Origin: Spirochaetia bacterium
Lineage (GTDB): Bacteria > Spirochaetota > Spirochaetia > WTKD01 > G963693115
Length of the DNA: 64,000 nt
Direction of reading: 5' to 3'
Assembly: GCA_965226055.1 (NCBI GenBank)
Contig: CBDDCA010000005.1
Location: forward strand, 320,001 to 384,000
Of the stretch, positions 39,940-50,800 are shown piece after piece (position 1 is the stretch's first letter; the number at the start of each line of letters is the position of its first letter). The notes beneath the pieces were generated by a model, which was not told the DNA's origin, ran no database searches, and saw nothing but the letters and a program-made list of their open reading frames with translations. The translations under genes and the position numbers were made by a program.

Positions 39940-40830
39940 ATGAATACACTACAAGGTACCTTTACAGCACTCATTACTCCGTTTCACGAAGATGGTTCTT
40001 TAGATGAAGTTGCTTTACGAAATTTAGTAGATCAACAAATAGAAAGTGGTATAACAGGACTCGTTCCTGTAGGCACTACAGGAGAAAGCCCTACCCTTAG
40101 TCATCAAGAACACAGCAAAGTTATTCGTATAGTAGTAGAACAAACAAATAAACGTGTTCCTGTCATTGCAGGCACTGGTTCTAATAGTACCCAAGAAGCA
40201 ATAGAGCTTACACTTGCAGCAAAAGAGCTTGGGGCAGACGCATCATTACAAGTAGCTCCCTATTACAATAAACCATCACAAGAAGGATGTATACAACACT
40301 TCACTGCCATAGCTGACCAAGCAAAGTTACCCCTTATTCTCTATAATATCCCTGGACGCACAGGCAAAAATATAGAAATAGACACTATTGTACATCTCTC
40401 TGAGCATCCTATGATTATAGGAGTAAAAGAAGCCACAGGAAATATAACACAAGCAGTAGATATTATGAAAAAGGTAACAAAAAAAGATTTCAGCGTACTC
40501 AGCGGAGACGATGCTCTTACATTAGGTATGATGGTACATGGCGGACATGGAGTTATATCAGTAACAAGCAATGTATTGCCTCAACACATGGCATCACTTA
40601 CGGCTCTATCCCTTGCAGAAGATTTTGTATCAGCTCGAAAATTATTTTTTACACTACTCCCATTTTTTCATGCAACCTTTATTGACACTAACCCTATCCC
40701 TATAAAATATGCTGCCTCTATTTTAGGAATATGTAAAGAAACATATCGTCTTCCCTTATGTCCACTCTCTCATGCCCATAAGCAAGCAGTAAAAGACAGT
40801 TTACAACAAGTACAAGCAGCCATATCGTAA
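39940..40830 (+). CDS. dapA: 4-hydroxy-tetrahydrodipicolinate synthase
   Basis: TALITPF, GTTGESPTL, PYYNKP, LYNIPGRT, GVKEA, SGDD, NPIPIK. Confidence 0.96.
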   Translation: MNTLQGTFTALITPFHEDGSLDEVALRNLVDQQIESGITGLVPVGTTGESPTLSHQEHSKVIRIVVEQTNKRVPVIAGTGSNSTQEAIELTLAAKELGADASLQVAPYYNKPSQEGCIQHFTAIADQAKLPLILYNIPGRTGKNIEIDTIVHLSEHPMIIGVKEATGNITQAVDIMKKVTKKDFSVLSGDDALTLGMMVHGGHGVISVTSNVLPQHMASLTALSLAEDFVSARKLFFTLLPFFHATFIDTNPIPIKYAASILGICKETYRLPLCPLSHAHKQAVKDSLQQVQAAIS

Positions 40831-40847
40831 TACATACAAGCAATGTC

Positions 40848-41771
40848 CTACTGTGTTACTTGATCTATGTATTTTGCTAACTGAACATACTGTTTGACTG
40901 CTACTTCTTCTGCACGCATATGTACACTTATTGAACATGTTTCTAATAAATGGCATATACTTGCTTTTTTTTCCTCACTTGTTTTCATATCATCAAATAA
41001 CCCATTAACAGAAAGCAACATAGGAACTAAAGTATTATATAATTTTTTTCTCCTTTGACTAAACGCTGCACGTACTATAGCACATAAAAGAGAATATGCA
41101 CTATTCCCTATATGGGTATCAGGAATACAGCTAAACACAGTAGACTCCACACTCGGTACAGGATAGAATGAATCGGCAGATACAGAAAAATGATGAGACA
41201 AAGAAAAAACACTTTGCATAAGCACCGAACTTATACCATATTGGCTTTCGCCTACTGTACTCACTAAGCGATCTACCGCCTCTTTTTGTATCATATATAC
41301 AGCAGGAACATGCAACTGTTCTAAAGAGCTTATCTTTATTAAGATACGTACCGCAGAACTGTAGGGTAAATTACCACATACCACATGTGGCAATGTAGCA
41401 CCGCTTGACACATACTGCCCCAATGTTTTTTCGGCATCTCCAGAAACAATAGTAATTTTTCCCATCGCTCGTTCTTGAGCAAACTCTTTTTCTAAAAAAT
41501 GTATTATTCCATAATCAATTTCAAAGACAGTCAGCTGTACATCAGGCAATAATAATGCAGCGCTTACACTTCCTAGCCCAGGACCTATTTCCCAAATCCT
41601 TAATGGCTTTTGCTTGCCATTTATATGAGCTAACGAAAATATAAGCTGAGCTATTTTTTCTACAAAAAAATAGTTTGTAAGAAAATTTTGCCCCCATCGT
41701 TTTTTTAATGCAAGAGAATGAGTAGCAAGAAGCTCTTTAATGTTCTGTTTTTTGTAAAGAATAGTGTGCAT
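40848..41771 (-). CDS. rsmA: 16S rRNA adenine dimethyltransferase (start uncertain, 41771 or 41795)
   Basis: KKRWGQNFL, EIGPGLG, GNLPY, MIQKE, FSQRRKKL, RAEE. Confidence 0.93.
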   Translation of the reverse strand: MHTILYKKQNIKELLATHSLALKKRWGQNFLTNYFFVEKIAQLIFSLAHINGKQKPLRIWEIGPGLGSVSAALLLPDVQLTVFEIDYGIIHFLEKEFAQERAMGKITIVSGDAEKTLGQYVSSGATLPHVVCGNLPYSSAVRILIKISSLEQLHVPAVYMIQKEAVDRLVSTVGESQYGISSVLMQSVFSLSHHFSVSADSFYPVPSVESTVFSCIPDTHIGNSAYSLLCAIVRAAFSQRRKKLYNTLVPMLLSVNGLFDDMKTSEEKKASICHLLETCSISVHMRAEEVAVKQYVQLAKYIDQVTQ

Positions 41772-43047
41772 AGTATCCCGATATAATAAAGCCATACTTC
41801 CGTTTTACATCTCTATTAGAGTATAGTGTAAATAATAATAACACACATACCACTATATATAATAATACTAACTGCTCTATACTTTCTATAGCAATAGCAC
41901 CAGACGCATAAGACATACTATAACGAATAATTGCTCCCACTCCCTGTACAATAACACCAAGATACAATGAAAAAACATTTGGCAACACCAAAAATAACAC
42001 TCCACACAATATGAAAAAAATTACCAACGGAGTCAATACTATTGCACTAAACAAAGCAATAGGATACACTGCCTTAAATACAATAAAGCTATACCATGCC
42101 GTAGTTATCAAAGCCCCAAACCCCACACTAAGAGTTTGTATTATCGCAGGAGGAACATAAGAGTCCAACCTATGAGGAAACATAGCCCTCCCATACACAA
42201 CACCGATTAACGCTAATTGAGATAAAACAAGCCCAACATTACTCAGCGAACGAGTAAACCCTAACAGAAAAATAATACTAGTCATACTCCACAGACTCAT
42301 AAAGTGAATTTTTCCCCATACTAATGAACATAGCAAAGAAAGAGTAAACATAATGGCAGCTCGATACAACGAAGGAATAAACCCTAACCATATACAGTAT
42401 GCCCATACAACCAAAAGACTTACGCCCGCATGTAAAAAAACTGGTATTTTGCCTTTACACCGTAACAATACATACAACAACACATTTAAGTGAAACCCTG
42501 ACAGAGCAAGAAGATGACTTGCTCCTGCACGCCTAGAAATATCACGCAATGCTCCCGATAAATACTGCTTTCTCCCAACAAGTAAAGCACTCAATAATCC
42601 CGCACTATCTTCATCAGCATACCGCATAGTTTTATCCACAATAAACTGTGCTACTGTATCTGCATCATAATTCCATGACAATATAGTAGTAGTTTGTAAC
42701 TTACTCTCTTTTTGCAATACCATAGCACTGGTACTCTCTTGCTCAGCAGTATTAATAACAGTATGATGTGTCCATGTAAGAGAGTACCAATACTGCACTA
42801 AAATAATAAAATAACATACACACAACACCATCAACATACTACCCCTATGCTGTTTCACACATAGTAGTATATTATTTCCTTTCCTTTGTTGTCTATTTTC
42901 TAAAAACCCCTTCTTTTGTTTTGATGCTTTCCCTAACACATATATACATTGGGAACTCAAAAATATCAACAGTATTACATCAGTATACTGTACAAACATA
43001 CGAGAGAGAATACAAAATAACGATAAAATAAATAGAAACTGTGCCAT
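41737..43047 (-). CDS. comEC: ComEC/Rec2-family competence membrane protein (no metallo-beta-lactamase domain)
   Basis: ALLVG, AGASHLLALSGFHL, PSLYRAAIM; many TM segments. Confidence 0.85.
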   Translation of the reverse strand: MAQFLFILSLFCILSRMFVQYTDVILLIFLSSQCIYVLGKASKQKKGFLENRQQRKGNNILLCVKQHRGSMLMVLCVCYFIILVQYWYSLTWTHHTVINTAEQESTSAMVLQKESKLQTTTILSWNYDADTVAQFIVDKTMRYADEDSAGLLSALLVGRKQYLSGALRDISRRAGASHLLALSGFHLNVLLYVLLRCKGKIPVFLHAGVSLLVVWAYCIWLGFIPSLYRAAIMFTLSLLCSLVWGKIHFMSLWSMTSIIFLLGFTRSLSNVGLVLSQLALIGVVYGRAMFPHRLDSYVPPAIIQTLSVGFGALITTAWYSFIVFKAVYPIALFSAIVLTPLVIFFILCGVLFLVLPNVFSLYLGVIVQGVGAIIRYSMSYASGAIAIESIEQLVLLYIVVCVLLLFTLYSNRDVKRKYGFIISGYYAHYSLQKTEH

Positions 43048-43152
43048 ATATCTGTATACACAAAAAAAATTATCTTACTTGAAGTATCATATAATAACAA
43101 CAATGAGTAATTTTTTAATGAAATAGTACACTCTAAAAAACAGTAATTTCCT

Positions 43153-43773
43153 ATGAAAAAAAACATTATTGCACAGATACCCATAGATATTGGCATCATA
43201 TCAAGCTATATACTTCTCAGTACCATTATGTATCCAATATACAATGAACAATTATACTATAGCATGTACATTTTTTATCATATACTTGTGTTCACGGTAT
43301 ATACATTTTTCTATATTTACAGCCCTGCATTTAAGGAACATTTTCTCTACAGCACTACACTCACTAAAAAAACTCTCTGTATATCAATACTAGCCACTAT
43401 ACCGCTTATACTGTTGTCCTTGATTCTCTCCTATTTCTTTCCTGTACAAAATACAGTAACACTTCCTAAGAGTCCTGTTTTGAGCATACTTTTACTTATT
43501 ATAGTAGCAAGCAAAGAAGAGCTTTTTTTTCGAAATTATATAATAAAAATAGGACAACGTCTTGGTATTCCACTGCTTATAAATATAACAAGTAGCTCCT
43601 TACTATTTGCACTAGGGCATTTGTATCAAGGATATATTGTAGGAATATTTTCTTTTTTCGCAGGAGTATTTTTTTGCTATTTATTTCTTCGATATAAGTC
43701 AATATATATATGCATGATATGTCATGGATTATACAATGTCCTATTGTATATACTCTACTATATCAATCAATAA
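43153..43773 (+). CDS. CPBP (CAAX/Abi) intramembrane metalloprotease
   Basis: EELFFR, FALGHLYQG, HGLYN. Confidence 0.88.
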   Translation: MKKNIIAQIPIDIGIISSYILLSTIMYPIYNEQLYYSMYIFYHILVFTVYTFFYIYSPAFKEHFLYSTTLTKKTLCISILATIPLILLSLILSYFFPVQNTVTLPKSPVLSILLLIIVASKEELFFRNYIIKIGQRLGIPLLINITSSSLLFALGHLYQGYIVGIFSFFAGVFFCYLFLRYKSIYICMICHGLYNVLLYILYYINQ

Positions 43774-43864
43774 AAGAACCTGTTTATACAATAGCACAAT
43801 AACCAAACTATAGTAAAAGTATAGTATAACGAAAAAAGACCTATTCTTTACGATTCCTTTACGA

Positions 43865-44884
43865 TTAGCTCTTAAAGAAACTTTTTATACGAGAAAATAA
43901 ACCTTTCTCTTCTAGTACAGTCTCTGGACTTCTTGTATAATCAATGATCTTTTGAGAACGTTGTGCCACTAAGGCCTGTACATCTTTTGCACTTGTTTCT
44001 GCATACGCTTTCATAATAGTTTCTTTTATGTTATGAGCCATACGAACAGGATCGTTATGTGCTCCCCCTGTAGGCTCAGGAATAATTCCATCTATAAGCT
44101 GAAACCGAAAAATTTCTTCAGAGGTAAGTTTCATATATACAGCAGCCTCTTTTGCTTTGCTTGCATCACGTAAAAGAATAGAAGCAAAGCCTTCGGGTGA
44201 TATTACCGAATAGATTGAATTTTCAAGCATGTAGACTTTATCCCCAACCCCAATACCAAGAGCTCCTCCTGATCCTCCCTCTCCAATAACAATACAAATA
44301 ATAGGAGTACATAGCACAGATAGCTCCATAAGGTTTCGTGCAATAGCCTCTCCTATACCACGTTCCTCAGACTGCATTCCAGGATATGCACCTGGAGTAT
44401 CAATAAAAGTAATGATAGGACGACCAAACTTTTCTGCCTGCTTCGCTAGACGCAATGCTTTTCTGTACCCTTCAGGATGAGCCATACCATAATGGCAAAG
44501 AATATTCTCTTTCATATTCTTGCCTTTTTGATGAGCAAGAAATGTAAAATGCACTCCATCTATTGAACATATACCACAAACGAGCGCCTTATCATCTCCA
44601 TAATAGCGATCTCCATGCAACTCCATATACTGATCGCTTATCATATCAATATATTCAAGAGAAGTAGGCCTATCCTGATGTCTTGCAATCTGCACTTTGT
44701 TCCATACCTTTTCGACAGTATCGTCAAAACTCTCTTGTTGCGTATATGATGGCTTTTCATCTCCCCCTTGCTTATCCGTATTAAAATGATCAGAAGCATA
44801 TTGCAATACTTCCGCAGGATCTTTACCTAGCTTTCTTGCCATCTCTTTTAGTTCATCAAATTTTTTTCTTATAGTATCATCCAT
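43865..44884 (-). CDS. accA: Acetyl-CoA carboxylase carboxyltransferase alpha subunit
   Basis: ARHQDRP, ELHGDR, PEGYRKALR, IDTPGAYPG, GEGGSGGAL, YSVISPEG. Confidence 0.96.
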   Translation of the reverse strand: MDDTIRKKFDELKEMARKLGKDPAEVLQYASDHFNTDKQGGDEKPSYTQQESFDDTVEKVWNKVQIARHQDRPTSLEYIDMISDQYMELHGDRYYGDDKALVCGICSIDGVHFTFLAHQKGKNMKENILCHYGMAHPEGYRKALRLAKQAEKFGRPIITFIDTPGAYPGMQSEERGIGEAIARNLMELSVLCTPIICIVIGEGGSGGALGIGVGDKVYMLENSIYSVISPEGFASILLRDASKAKEAAVYMKLTSEEIFRFQLIDGIIPEPTGGAHNDPVRMAHNIKETIMKAYAETSAKDVQALVAQRSQKIIDYTRSPETVLEEKGLFSRIKSFFKS

Positions 44885-44892
44885 AGTTACTC

Positions 44893-45741
44893 CTACTTAT
44901 TATGTACAGTCATCAAATAGTGAAGTACTTTTCTTACATTTGCTCTATGCACTATAGCGTCAACATAGCCTTTTTCAAGTTGAAATTCTGATCGTTGAAA
45001 TCCTTCTGGTAATTTCTGCTTGACAGTACCTTCAATAACACGTGGACCAGCAAACCCTATCAATGCTTCTGGTTCTGCTAAAATAACATCACCTAACATA
45101 GCAAAAGAAGCAGTAACTCCCCCTGTTGTCGGATCAGTCAATAAAACAAACAACGGTATATCCTTTTGTTGAAACAACGCTATAGCATGAGAAGTACGTA
45201 ACATTTGCATAAGAGAAAAAAGCCCTTCATACATTCTTGCTCCACCGCTCGCAGTAACAATAAGACAAGGACAATTTTGACGCATAGCAGTAAACACTGC
45301 CTGAATAAGCCGCTCTCCTACCATAGTCCCCATACTCCCCCCAATAAAATCAAAAGTCATAGCGGCTACCACAATCTTATGCTCAAGAATTTCTCCTATA
45401 GCAACTGATATAGCTTCATCTTCTCTGCTTTTTGCAATAGTATCATGTATCTTTTCTTGATACTGGGGAAAATCGATAGGATTTTGAAACACAGAAGGAA
45501 GTGAAATAATATCGTACATCCCATTATCAAATAATAAATTAAATCGTTCTTTTGCCGAAATACGAAAATGATAATTACAATTTTTACAAACAAATAAGTC
45601 TTTTCGTAAATCACTATACTCTATATGTATATGACATTTTGGACATTGATTTTTTTTATTAAAAAATTCTCTATCATCAACAGTAACAGGTACTGTATCT
45701 TTTTTCTGTTTAGTAAGTATTTTTTTTAGCTTTTGAAACAT
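44893..45741 (-). CDS. accD: Acetyl-CoA carboxylase carboxyltransferase beta subunit
   Basis: Cys4 zinc finger, FIGGSMG, ASGGARM, DPTTGGVTASFA, GFAGPRVI. Confidence 0.96.
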   Translation of the reverse strand: MFQKLKKILTKQKKDTVPVTVDDREFFNKKNQCPKCHIHIEYSDLRKDLFVCKNCNYHFRISAKERFNLLFDNGMYDIISLPSVFQNPIDFPQYQEKIHDTIAKSREDEAISVAIGEILEHKIVVAAMTFDFIGGSMGTMVGERLIQAVFTAMRQNCPCLIVTASGGARMYEGLFSLMQMLRTSHAIALFQQKDIPLFVLLTDPTTGGVTASFAMLGDVILAEPEALIGFAGPRVIEGTVKQKLPEGFQRSEFQLEKGYVDAIVHRANVRKVLHYLMTVHNK

Positions 45742-45784
45742 GATATTTTCCTATTATTACATTTTATATACAATATAATACTCT

Positions 45785-47113
45785 CTATTCTCTTTCAAGT
45801 ACCTTACTTTCTTCTAAATAATTTATTGAATATTTTCCTGAACGAAATGCCTTATCATTGAGGATTTTAACAAACCACTCTTTATTACACGAAAACCCTT
45901 TTCCTTCAATACGCAATTCACTCAGGGAACGAAGCATCTTCTGTATTCCTTCATTTCTATTTTGGGCATGTACTAATAATTTAATAAGCAATGAATCGTA
46001 GAATGGAGGAATAGTACTTCCTTGTGCTATCCATGTATCTATACGAACTCCATGTCCTCCCGGTAAATTCAAAAAATCTATAGTTCCTGAAGAAAGAGCG
46101 TTTATTCTACATTCCATCGCATAGCTATCAATAACAATATCTTCCTGTGAAAAACTCAATGGCTTTTGATTGGCTACCATAATTTGCTCTTTTATAAGAT
46201 CCACTCCCCCTACTAACTCTGACACTGGATGTTCTACTTGAATACGTGCATTCACTTCCATAAAATAGAATTCATCCCCTTCTACTAAAAACTCTATAGT
46301 ACCTGCATTTTTATACCCTATTGAACGAAACAAAGATACTGCTGCATCATACATTTTTTCTCGTAATTCCTCACTCATAGCAGACGATGGACTTTCTTCT
46401 ATCAACTTCTGATGATTCTTTTGTACAGAACAGTCACGTTCACCGATATGCACAACATTAGACACACTATCAGCTATAAGCTGAATCTCTACATGTCTTG
46501 GATTTGTAACATACCGTTCAATATATACACGACTATCAGAAAATGATTTTTCTGCCTCTGATGTAGCAATACTAAAATTGGTATCTATCTGAGAGGACTC
46601 TTCTATCACGCGCATCCCTTTTCCACCACCACCACTTGCTGCCTTAAGGATAATAGGAAACCCATGTTTTTGTGTAAACTCATGTACTTTTTCAGCACTA
46701 TCAACTGCCCCTTCTGATCCAGGAATACAAGGAACTCCTGCTTTTTTAGCAGCCTCCTTTGCTGATACCTTATCTCCTACAAGTGCTATAGTATCTGGAT
46801 CAGGGCCTATAAATACCATCCCAGCCTTCTCCACTTGACGTGCAAAATTTGCATTTTCACTTAAAAAGCCAACCCCTGGATGAACCGCATGACAAGAAGC
46901 TCCCGTAGCAGCAGAAATAATATTATTAACATTAAGATAAGAATCAGAAGAAGGAGGCGGTCCTATACATACTTTCCTATCCGCATATTTTACTGGATAT
47001 GAATCTCTATCAGCCTCAGAGTACCCTATAACGCTTTCTATGCCAAGCTCTTTGCATGCCCTAATAATACGAAGAGCAATTTCTCCCCTATTAGGAATAA
47101 ATATAGAATCCAT
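45785..47113 (-). CDS. accC: Biotin carboxylase
   Basis: NRGEIA, GFLSENA, KAASGGGGKGMR, ERDCSVQ, EVNARIQVEHPV. Confidence 0.96.
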   Translation of the reverse strand: MDSIFIPNRGEIALRIIRACKELGIESVIGYSEADRDSYPVKYADRKVCIGPPPSSDSYLNVNNIISAATGASCHAVHPGVGFLSENANFARQVEKAGMVFIGPDPDTIALVGDKVSAKEAAKKAGVPCIPGSEGAVDSAEKVHEFTQKHGFPIILKAASGGGGKGMRVIEESSQIDTNFSIATSEAEKSFSDSRVYIERYVTNPRHVEIQLIADSVSNVVHIGERDCSVQKNHQKLIEESPSSAMSEELREKMYDAAVSLFRSIGYKNAGTIEFLVEGDEFYFMEVNARIQVEHPVSELVGGVDLIKEQIMVANQKPLSFSQEDIVIDSYAMECRINALSSGTIDFLNLPGGHGVRIDTWIAQGSTIPPFYDSLLIKLLVHAQNRNEGIQKMLRSLSELRIEGKGFSCNKEWFVKILNDKAFRSGKYSINYLEESKVLERE

Positions 47114-47616
47114 TATAAAGCCCTTACTTCAAACAAAGCCTGTCCATACTCAACAAGATGAGAATTTTCTACCAATATAGACACAATTTCCATATCATAT
47201 TCTGCCTCAAATTCATTCATAACTTTCATAGCTTCAATAATACAAAGAACATCTCCTTTTTTCATTTTATCACCTTCTTGAACAAAAGGCGGAGTATCAG
47301 GACCAGCAGATCGATAAAAAGTGCCTACTATTGGAGCAGACACCTCTTGAGTATCCTTCTTTACTTCGGTAGAAGTTACATTTTGAGGGGCTTCATGTAC
47401 TGCAGAAGCTACGGGAGCAGGAGCTTGTGAAATATGATGAGGAACAGGAGGAGAAGTAACAGGGTAATGAGCATACCCTACATCTTTTGTAGGCATTTCC
47501 TTGTTCAGAGTAACCTTGAAATCTCCCTTTACAGACACTTCTATAGTAGCCGAACTTAGCCCACTTGACTTAAACCACTTTGATATATCCTCTAATGTTT
47601 TTTTATCAACTTTCAT
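47113..47616 (-). CDS. accB: Biotin carboxyl carrier protein
   Basis: APIVGTFY, IIEAMKVMNE, VEYGQALF. Confidence 0.96.
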   Translation of the reverse strand: MKVDKKTLEDISKWFKSSGLSSATIEVSVKGDFKVTLNKEMPTKDVGYAHYPVTSPPVPHHISQAPAPVASAVHEAPQNVTSTEVKKDTQEVSAPIVGTFYRSAGPDTPPFVQEGDKMKKGDVLCIIEAMKVMNEFEAEYDMEIVSILVENSHLVEYGQALFEVRAL

Positions 47617-47744
47617 AATTTACCTCACTATATGTATTATACATTAAAACAATAATATCAAGTGCAAGGAAATTAGGTATTTGCGGATTCAAGGACTAAA
47701 TGTCGCCAAAAATTCAACTTCAGAGCAGAAGATAAAAATAATAG

Positions 47745-47776
47745 GGAGCTATTATCTCACATAAGACAATAGCTCC
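47745..47776 (-). terminator. Hairpin downstream of the giant DUF285 gene
   Basis: GGAGCTATT...AATAGCTCC followed on the minus strand by a T-rich run. Confidence 0.65.
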
Positions 47777-47802
47777 TCCATATCTAAGAGTATACTTATG
47801 TT

Positions 47803-50800
47803 CTATTTAGAAGATGGTCCTGTATAGGTTCCTCCTGCCCAATCTGGTGTCTTATGTCTTATAGCAGTACCAGCAAATGCATTTATCGCATTAACCTTTT
47901 TTGATCCAAAATGTTCTTTCCATTCATAGATATCTCTATCAAATGCTGTTGCACCATTAAACATGTGAAACATATTAGTAAGACTGCTGACATCCCACCC
48001 TGCTATATCCCTATTAAACGCATGATTGTCCCAAAACATATTTTTCATATTTTTAACCTTACTTACATTCCAGCCTGATATATTCGCACTAAATGGGCGA
48101 GCATAGCGTAACCCATAGGATGAAAACATATGTTCCATATTCGTAACATTACTGACATCCCAGCCTCCTATACGACTATTAAAACCATCTGTGCTTGCAA
48201 ACATATAGCTCATATCTGTCACTTTCCCTACCTTCCAGTCTTTTATATCTCCAGTAAATTTTGATTGTTGAAACATATATGCCATATCGGTAACATTACT
48301 CACATCCCACCTTGATATATCCCCATTAAATTTCGATATATAAAACATAGATCGCATAGTGGTAACATTACTCACATCCCAGTTTGATATATCCTTATTA
48401 AAACTCGATTCATGAAACATACCTTTCATACTTGTCACATTCCCTACCTTCCAGTCTGATATATCTCCATTAAATCTTGAATTACGAAACATATTGTACA
48501 TAAATTTCACATTATCTACCTTCCATTTTGATATATTCCCCTTAAATGATGTATTAATAAACATATTACTCATATCGGTAACATTACTCACATCCCACCC
48601 CGATATATCTCCCCTAAATGATGATGTATGAAACATACTACTCATATCGGTAACATTACTCACATCCCACCCCGATATATCTCCGTTAAATGATGATGCA
48701 TGAAACATACCTCCCATATCGGTAACATTACTCACATTCCAACCTGATATATCCCCATTAAATTTCGATTTATAAAACATACCTCTCATATTTTTCACTT
48801 TATCTACCTTCCACCCCGATATATCTCCGTTAAATGATGATGTACTAAACATACTTTCCATATCTTCTACTTTATCTACCTTCCAACCCGATATATCTCC
48901 ATTAAATGATGTACCCCAAAACATACGATTCATATCGGTAACATTACTCACATCCCATCTTGCTATATTCCCATTAAATTTTCTCAAAAAACGATCATTA
49001 AATACCTTACTCATATCCCTAATATTTCCTGTGTATATGACATTCAAATCTGCTCTATTATTAGTAGATATCATCTGCCTTATTGCTTTTATCAATTCTG
49101 CTTTATTCGTAGGTCGATATTGATATGTCCAGCTTGGTATTTTATCATTAGGTATCTTAGTCCTATCAAATATCCCTGGTATGTTTATTTTCCTTCCTGC
49201 TACATGCTCTCCCCATGCTTCTAAATCTTGATTAAACTCTGTTGCTCCGTTAAACATATATGCCATAGTAGTTACTGTATCAACTGCCCAGCCCGATATA
49301 TCTTGATTAAAGGCAGTTGCCTTGTAAAACATATAATCCGTATCGGTAACTTTCTTTACATTCCACCTTGATATATCTCCATTAAATTGCGCATAAGCAA
49401 ACATAAAGTACATAGTAGTAACATTACCGACATCCCAACCCGATATATCTTTAGTAAATGGCGAATCATAAAACATTGCTTCCATATCAGTAACATTACT
49501 TACATCCCATTTCGATATATCCCCATTAAATTGCGATTTATAAAACATATGTTCCATATTACCAACACTACTTACATCCCAGCCTGATATATCCCCATTA
49601 AATTGCGATTCACGGAACATCCAGTACATCTGTTCTACATCACTTACATCCCAGCCTGATATATCTCCAGTAAACTGCGATTTATAAAACATACCTTGCA
49701 TATATCTCACATTGCTTACATCCCAGCTTGATATATCTCCAGTAAATCGACTCTCCTTAAACAAATTTCGCATATTTCTCACATTACTTACATCCCAGCC
49801 CGATATATCCCCATTAAAACTTTTCAAAGCACTGTCATAAAATACCTCACGCATATCTCTTATGTATCCTGTATATATTCCATTCAAGTCTGCTGTGTTC
49901 CCATCAGGGTTACCATCCCCATCAGCATCTGCTGCCATCACCGTTTTTATATTTGCTATCAAAGCACTCTTTGTTTTTGGGTAGTATGTATATGTACCAC
50001 TGCCGTCATATATGTGTATGGTAAACTCTTTTGTACGCCTTTTTCCTGCATAATCACCAGTCCCTGTAAACACAATTATATATTTTCTCAGTGCAAGTGC
50101 TTTTGTAGGACTTCCGCTTATTGTTCCATTCACTGCACTAAATGTCAAGCCTGTGTCTGCAGTAAAGGTACTTGGCAGTATACTATAGTCCCCTGTCGCA
50201 TTAAATGTACTCACTCCAGTATTAGTCAATGGAATACTAATGTTCTGTTGCCCTTTTACCATAGTAAATAATGAAGCAACATTGCCTCCATATCTCTGTG
50301 ATATGCTATATATCCAGCTCGGTATATTTTCATCAGAAACATTAGCACCGGTAAATATATTTCCCTTATCCACTGTTCTTCCTGCTATATGCTCTCCCCA
50401 TGCTTCTAAATCTTGATCAAACGCTGCTGCTTTGCGAAACATGTCTTTTATGGTAGTTACACTATCAACTGCCCACCCTGCTATATCTCCATTAAATTTC
50501 GATTGATAAAACATGGCATACATGTTTGTAACATTACTTACCTTCCACTTTGATATATCTCCATTAAATGATGATCCCCAAAACATATATTTCATATTAC
50601 CAACACTACTTACATCCCATTCTGATATGTCTCCAGTAAATGGCGTTTCAGTAAACATTGCTTCCATATCAGTAACATTACTTACATCCCATTGTGATAT
50701 ATCTTCATTAAATGGTGCATAGGAAAACATATAGTGCATAAAAGTAACATTACTTACATCCCAGCCCGATATATCCCCATTAAATTTTGATTGATAAAAC